Assembly: GCF_000485595.1 (NCBI RefSeq)
Contig: NW_014577076.1
Location: 62,001 to 126,000, forward strand
Length of the DNA: 64,000 bases
From: Priapulus caudatus
Taxonomy: Eukaryota
Reading direction: 5' to 3'
The notes under the pieces were generated by a model that did not search any database, was not told the origin of the DNA, and worked only from the letters and a program-made list of their open reading frames with translations. Numbering within the stretch: position 1 is the first letter of the stretch; the number at the start of each line of letters is the position of its first letter. This document shows, piece after piece, positions 56,584 to 64,000 of this stretch. The translations under genes and the position numbers were made by a program.

Positions 56584-59500
56584 NNNNNNNNNNNNNNNNN
56601 TTTTGTTTAATTTTTTTAATTTGTCTTTTATTAACTCCTGATATATATATATATATATATTGCGTTGTAGAGAATAGGCGGAGAGGATATCAGTCCTGTG
56701 ACGAGGTCATTTGGATGGTCACTGTCACGCGGGTTGGACATCGATAACAATCTGTACCCGGATATCGCCGTTGGAGCATACGAGAGTGATCAGGCTATCC
56801 TACTAAAGTACGCAGTTAGACTGTAAATAAATGGACTTACCAAAAACTACATATATCCTACCCAATATTTGAATGTCTTAGGAATAGTTTGACGAAAGAT
56901 CTCATCTACAACAGCTAGCATACGTTGGTTTTCAAATTCTCGTTCCAGAGCAAGGCCTATTATCGCCATGCAGGCAACACTTGCGTTTAACCCGGAATGG
57001 ATTCCACGGAATTTGTCTGACAGTGTTGGATCAAATCTGGAAATTCGGATCTGCTTCCAGTTTTATGAAAAAGACATTAAATTAGTCGCACATGGTATAG
57101 ATGATGGATATGAATAATTACAAATATTATATAAAATGGCGTCTTTCTGATGCATAATTCTGATAATAATAATTCTGATAATAATAATGATGATAATAAT
57201 AATGATGTATAATGATGATAATTAATTCTTGTTATATGGTTTTTACCGATGCTATAATTCTGATAGATGTGAAAAAAACATCACCTTATAACCTCAGCCC
57301 TGGTGAATGCCAAGTGTTTGGAATGTATCGCGCTGCCGCATTACATTCCTTACGCGTATTTTAAATCTGCTTAAGGTGTGGAATACACGGTGACAAGCGA
57401 CGCGAATTACAATCGCACTTCTGCTATACCCAGAGCGACATTTCATGACGGGAAACAGTGGACAAACACCATAACAGAACAGATAATGGTCAATAATACC
57501 AAACCCGCATCGTGTGCGACCCATACACTGCATATCAACGTAAGTCCAACGAACTTACCGGCCAACATTGACTCACTCAAGTTAATTTATCACATACACG
57601 TCGTCAAGGTAACTCCGCTCGGTGCCCGCCTGCCCACTGTAGGTCTATAAGTTATTTGCTGTGATATATACACGATCTCTTTTTTACTTCGACAAGGGTA
57701 ATTCAGTGATCATGTGAATGACGCTCTATTGACCAACCTCTCTCATTTATAGCAAGTTTCTAAACTGACGTTGGTTGTTCAGCTGTCGTACTTGTCGTCT
57801 CTCTAAAGTTTCCCTGTTGTGTGTGACAACGAACACGTAAGTTCTGGGTGTTCCCTGAGAGTACGTTCGTCGATGCGAGGCACCGCCAGCTGGCTAGCTA
57901 CAGGGGTTCCAACCATCATTGGAGCTGGTCTCTGGTGGTTGCCAACCATGGTGCAGAATATGGTCACACACTTATTTTTGAGCACCTTCATCGCGGACAG
58001 GTGCCAAGTTGGTAATGAATGGTTGTTATCGACTGATCATCCCTCTGCACTGTTCATATAGGTCAGATATACCCTGCTGGTATACGTGAAATCAGGAGCT
58101 AATAATACATATAGTATTATTACAATGTATTATTTACTGAACATTTCCCCCGTGTTACCATCTTTAATTTTAATTGCGAAATTTTTACATCATGTCGTTT
58201 TGTAGAATGAGACCCAGGATCTCTTGAATGCTCTAGTGTTCTCCGTGAGTTACGAGCTAACGCAACAGACGAAACCGCCCTGCCGTACGGTGTGCCCCAT
58301 GCTGGACGCGAATAAGCCGAATTCACTCATAAAAAGGGTAACCAATCTCGCTAATTAAACATTCTCACTCTGAAAACGGACGATCATCTGTGATTCGATG
58401 TAAATCTATCTATATATCTATCAATCAATCTGTATATCCATCCATCCATCTATCTATCTAGATGTATCTATCTATCTATCCATCCATCCGTCCGTCCATC
58501 CATCCACCCATCTATACATACATACATCGATCCTCCATCCATCCATTCATCCACCTCTCTATGTGTTAGAGCCACGCGACGTCTACTAAGGGAACCCAGA
58601 TGCTAATGCTGAAACTGTATTAAGCACCAACGTATGAGTTAGGGGGTAGAACTACCTTTATGAGGTATAGGAGGGGAGAAGGCGGAGGAGTCGGTGGAGA
58701 GCCGAGGTGAGGAGTATGAAATGGTAAGAAGGGGAGGAAATATTGGAAACAGAGGCCCATAGAGGGCAGAGGAGTTAGTAAAGGGACGAAGTATATAGCG
58801 AGGGGTAGAGAATGAGCAAGGAGCAGAAAATTGAGAAACGTGACCCAAAATAGGCTGCGTATATTACGTGGGGTGTGTCTGATATAGATATATTTTATAT
58901 ATATATATATCACGGCTAGTTTCCTGCAATTAGAGAGTTTGTTTAGGTTGCAATTAGCTCTTTTCCACCTCCTCTCACAAACAGAAACGTAGAGAAAAAA
59001 ACATGGCAATCAAACGACCAAATCGGATATTTTGTGACAGAAAAACTCCTGCAATCTGCCGCTACGTTAACTCCATTAACGCGACTACGAAATCTATTTG
59101 CCGCTATTTAGAATTGCCGCGTTTTTTAAGCATTGTCTCACATATTGCTTCACATACATACAGGTGTTTTTTACACGAGACTGCGGGTCCGATAGCATGT
59201 GCGTGTCGGATCTGGTACTAAATAGTACAGTCGAGTTCGCAGATCGGCGGAAGCGGCTGCAGCTGACGGCTGGCAGAGACACGGGCTTCAGTATACGCGT
59301 GACGCTACGTAACGACGGGGAAGACGCCTACAACACAATGCTCGTGCTCGCGATATCTACAGCACTCACTATCGGTCGTGTGACGTCATTCGGCCAGGTA
59401 AGCATGCAGTTTATTATTGAATCAGTGCTGTGCACCTGGTGGAATCTCTCTTTGAGAAGAATAAAATGGGACACAAGTAAATGATGTGTGTGGATGCGTG

Positions 59501-62500
59501 CGCGCGCGTATGTAAGAATGTGCGTGCGTCCGCGCATGTATGCATGTTAACGGCAAAATCGCCTCGCTAACCAGTCCTGATAACTGTTGGAGGTTCCAGT
59601 CACGTGCATCCTGGACTTCAACGTCGCTGACGAAGGCGACGAGGAATCAGACCAGCTAGATGATGATGAAGAACAGGTGGAAAAAATGATGGCGCCACTG
59701 GGGGACAAATCTAAGGCTATCACGTATTGTCTTGCTGGAAACCCACTCATCTCCGGACAGACGGTAAAACATGTTCTGTTATAACATGGTTCCACGCGAT
59801 TAGTGGAAACGCCTCACTCATAAGGAAATATTGATGTCTGGAGTGAACCTTTATTACCACAACGATAATAAATATGCATCGTTATCAAGAGTAGATAATA
59901 TAACAAGAGTAGATAATATATATTATCTACTCTTGATCGTTATTAATGGCAGCCGGGTTATGGGGCTGCTGGGATTAGCAACGTTACCTGTATTATACGC
60001 GATTCACCATTACCTGGTGGAGTAGGCACAGTATTACAGAGCCGCCACCGCCACCTATGAGAATGACGGCTGATAATTGTATCTTAGGTCGAGTGCCTGA
60101 TGGAGATAGAGCTTGCAACGGAACATGGCTCATACCCAAGTGAAGCTGTGATCGAACTGAACGCGATTACCGCTAGCACAGAAGAAAATGCAACGACATT
60201 CGACAATAATGTCAGCCATACGATACACCTTCAATATTTAGTCGACATGGCTGCCTCGGGGTAGGTAATGGAAAAACACGAAACATATCACACCAAGTAT
60301 CACCTATACGGAATGGTAAAATTAACAACGCACGCGGGTGTCTTTCGTAAGCGTATCTCGAAATGGATCTGTCTTTCTTTGCTTCAGTATCTCCATTCCA
60401 GAGCAGCTATCCATAGACAACACAGCTGGCAGTAACTTCAGCAGTAACCAGCGCAACATCACTCACTTATTTGATGTGAGGATCACTGCTTACTATTCCT
60501 TCTCTCATGATCAATTCCACCAGCTCGACATAACGCATAACGATACTTCTTACCGATACTGGGATCAATGAGCACCGTCTAATTCAAAGACGTTATAATA
60601 GCTCCACGAAAACAAATTGCAGAAACTAAGAAGAACAAACTACACGGAACCTCCGTATTCCAGTGAATGAAATGCACAAGATGTTTTCAATCCTTTTTAG
60701 GTGCACAACAATGGCCCAACATCGGTGAACATGTCTCAGGTTGTCATAAAACTTCCATTCTATGCATCTGGAGTGGAGCACCAGATAATCATACTACGAG
60801 GTGTTCAGGTCAGACGATATATTTCCAAATCTTGGCAAGCAATACCTGAGGAACTATCAGTAATGAGTTGAGAGGTTGCTGCTCGACTATAGCACGAGGC
60901 GTGAAATGTCTGTAAGCTTCATTGTTAGCGAGAAAAACGATGCCTTTTACTATTAGTTTAGACTTTTTTCCTGACGCGATTCGTGATATCCTTCTAGGAA
61001 TTAACGTTAGCGTGAAACCATCACCATTTTTACCATGAAGCATAATACATCTAAATTTTTATACAGCTCATGGGGCTTTTTATTTTCAACATGTATTAGT
61101 TCTGTAATTAGGAAATCGTATTCAGAAATTTCAAATGAACTGAGCGGCAAGAAAAGATCGAAATATACAGCGTGAACTGAGATGTTGGGTATAGCACACT
61201 CTTGTAACTGTGCAAACTGGGAACTTTTCCTTGTGTATTGCATGACCATAATAAATAATTATATACTGCAGATGAAAAATAATAACTTCACTTCGACGCC
61301 CGTGACGTGTGTAGGCCATAAACGATACATTCACTACAAAGTGCGAGCAAACAGCGAGAACGGTCATCGAAACTTAATCAATGATGACCATGACGAAGAT
61401 AAAGCGCACGAGTTAAACACTGCTGGAAGTCGGATAGTCACACTGGTAAAGATGGCCGAATGGTGGTTATACCAACTATATTTCTGCTCGAGTGTTTGAA
61501 CTGAACGCTTTCACTTTTTATCTGATGCATTACATAGGAAATACTATAGTGGTAAGATTGAACAAGACCATAGTCGCTGGATAGATAGTTTCAGCTAATG
61601 GAGAATTTGGAAAAAAAAAGTCATGGAAACAGAACGATGCGGATAATCGTATATAATAGCCGATTATTATAAGATCGGGAGGCCTAATCATTTATACTCA
61701 TATATATATATGTATGTATATATATAATTTTTATATTCTATTCTTCCCGCTATTAATGTACTCCTGATAACATATATACGGATACTGGTAAAAGCAGCAG
61801 ACCGCTGCCTGTCACGTTGATATTCGATCATCTATGTAGGGATGCGACGTCGTGCGCTGCATTCGCATCACGTGTGACATAAGCAGTCTGGATGCTGGAG
61901 AAAGTAACTACATTGCCATACACATGGAACTGATGCTTGATCACATTGAAAAACTAAAAGTAAGGAGACGGGCATGTATATAATTTTCATTAGCCTATGC
62001 CAGACTGTGGCAGACAGACTAGCCAGACGTGGCCAACTCATTTGTCCAGGGAGCCAAAGCCACAAGCGGGTTGTCCTTGGCAACTGACCATGCACAGTTC
62101 GCCCATGGCCACGCGATAATATATAAACTGGTCTAGGGGCAACTGTCCCCCGATAGATATAGCCCCGTTATTGTTTAGTAATATCAGATGCGTCCCATAA
62201 TACAAATATACAAATATTTGCACAATCCGTGTAAGACACCTATAACATAACTATCTTTAATTAACTATAGGCCAAAATATCAGAAATCAATTATATCAGT
62301 GAAGCAGCTGTAATACTAGACGGAGCCGGGTTCAACATCATTCAACCTGACCATCATCTCCCAGACACAGCAAAGGTATAACACGTCCATTTTAACAACA
62401 TGATTTCACCAGTTATATATTTGGACTTCCATTCAGCTGTGCTGTGACAAAAGCCACCAATTGTGTTTATTGACATTAATATCAAAATTAAATAATACAC

Positions 62501-63468
62501 AAGGTTACTTCAAATGGGTCCATCCAGTAACATACTGTTTACATGTTTCTATATCGATTGTAATTTGTAGACTAGAAGGTTAATGAAGAATCTGTTAAAA
62601 TTTACATGACTAATTAATTATTGACCGCATCGATGACAACATATAAATAACCCGAAAAGAATTCGCCTGTTAATCAGAAACAGTACGGTGAACTTTCATC
62701 TGAAAGAAACACAATTAAAATCAAAGGTAATTACTATAAATAAAGTAACAGTGACGACTGTGCTTATTTTATTATATTTTAGATCACCACGATTTTAAAC
62801 TACACGGTGGAGTTAGTAGGGCTGGCAGCATTCGACAAGCGCGTAGTGATTGGCGTCGGTGTGGGAGCTGCACTGCTTGCGCTAATTATCATCATCTTTA
62901 TACTAGTCAAAGTAAGACAACTACACAATAACTGAGACTCAATAACTACCAGATAAGCAGGCATCGAACCACGCTCACCCGCGTTCATACGCAGTCCTAT
63001 CCTACGCAGGAACGCATGCTAATCGTAGATTTAAATACACAACAAACCATTTCAATGTATGTGTATTATAAGCTATCTATCACACTAACACGCATCCCCG
63101 CACACCCACGTATACACCAGACAGGCAGGTGTGCGCGCACGCACACAGACACAAATACACAACCTGGGTTAGGCTAAGCAGGCGCTATTATGCGATGAAT
63201 CATCATATAATATTATGCTGAATTAAATAACAGTTTGCAGCAATAAACTATACAACAAAGATAAAATGTATCATGATATCAAGAGCCCATTAATATAAAA
63301 TTGACAGGCAGCGATTCTAGTACAATAACTGATGAAATACTTTCATTTCAGTGCAACTTCTTTAAGCGACCAGAGATGGAGAGATTGCGTGAGTTAAGAA
63401 AAGAATCCGTCACCAGTAGGATTGAGCTGATGGAAGAGGAACAACAGAATGATGGCCTCTCTGACTGA
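44312..63468 (+). CDS. ITGA: Integrin alpha subunit (no I-domain), complete, 26 exons, 1099 aa; subtype not assigned
   Basis: Signal peptide then YNLD; FG-GAP repeats (FFGYSVAL, YFGYS..AAGAPR, YFGAAVCAVDINGDSMDDLLVGAP, RFGSAI..GDINRDGYSDVAIGAPYE, SFGWSL..DIDNNLYPDIAVGAY); thigh/calf motifs (CGSDSMCVSDL, NDGEDAY, GNP, NNGPT); TM helix; KCNFFKR tail. All introns are GT-AG and phases are consistent (3300 nt in total). Exons: 44312-44499, 44868-44995, 45166-45278, 45864-45990, 46369-46439, 46774-46825, 47146-47235, 47880-47965, 48255-48359, 48693-48830, 54888-54996, 55900-55994, 56671-56807, 56949-57094, 57376-57539, 58206-58337, 59164-59397, 59593-59763, 60088-60260, 60388-60475, 60701-60808, 61272-61445, 61840-61959, 62271-62375, 62783-62911, 63352-63468. 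Confidence 0.95.
47282..47567. mobile_element. Probable MITE in integrin intron 7
   Basis: Imperfect IR TGGCTACGCTTCCGGTTA vs TGACCGGACGCGTAGCCA around an AT-rich core. Confidence 0.5.
51390..52715. other. Aperiodic G/T-only low-complexity tract downstream of an N gap; probable low-quality read sequence
   Basis: Very few A or C, no period, about 450 bp after the gap at 50916-50940. Confidence 0.7.
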
Positions 63469-64000
63469 CAATGCTAGAACTACCAAAGCCGACGTAGAAA
63501 TTTAGTGATATTTTTTCATAGTTGTAAAAAAATACCCGTAATATGGTGCATGGGGCAATACGTTTTGCAAACATGTTTATGAATAAGCAGGCAATTGTCT
63601 AATTTATCATTCCCATGGTTTATAATGTAGCAACATTCACTGTCAAAAATATAGCGTGCTCAGACATCAACCAAAACATTGGATTTACATCCTTCCCAAG
63701 AGGTACACGATGGGACACTGCAAGATATATGATTTGAATTCCTCTCCATGCAAAGGTGATTTAAGCTCTAGTCATTTGGTTTTTAGCTACATGAAATACA
63801 AATGTAGAAATTAAACGCTTTATTTTAACACATACCTGGTCTTTTTCCAACTTTTCCGCACATGGAACATGGAAATAAATGTCACTAAATAACGCCCTTT
63901 CCTTCGTTCTTTCACAATTTAACACGCTGTTTTTTAACCCTGACCTTCATGCTCAACATCGTAATATGTTTAACTCGATAAGCCAATATAGAAGTCCACA

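Noticed and set aside
57780..58065. GC-richer intronic block with hairpins, considered as a ribozyme or extra exon
   Set aside because: I could not fit hammerhead or HDV cores, and the integrin model is complete without it; probably a retroelement fragment.

Overview
Repeat-rich eukaryotic genomic DNA from an animal, probably an invertebrate (GT-AG introns, TTAGGG repeats, long microsatellites, four N gaps and some noisy stretches). Most ORFs in the supplied track are microsatellite artefacts. Genes read by hand: (1) a complete 26-exon integrin alpha subunit on + (44312-63468, 1099 aa by my exon model), with KCNFFKR instead of the canonical KxGFFKR; (2) the last two coding exons of tyrosine hydroxylase on + (27787-28492); (3) the first coding exon (TM1-TM4) of a divergent adenosine-receptor-like class A GPCR on - (34513-34979). 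Mobile DNA: the 3' end of a Ty3/Gypsy element; a long-TIR element sitting in (GATA)n; a PIF/Harbinger deletion derivative; a 59-bp Harbinger-type MITE; a hAT MITE; a 2.5-kb foldback element with two nested insertions; inverted-repeat cassettes carrying telomeric repeats; and inverted 46-bp tandem arrays either side of the GPCR exon. No CRISPR, rRNA or intact tRNA was found. I see no clearly new biological system; the best leads are the foldback element, the telomere-repeat cassettes, the 46-bp arrays around a half-GPCR, and the variant integrin and GPCR motifs. All coordinates and alignments were made by eye.
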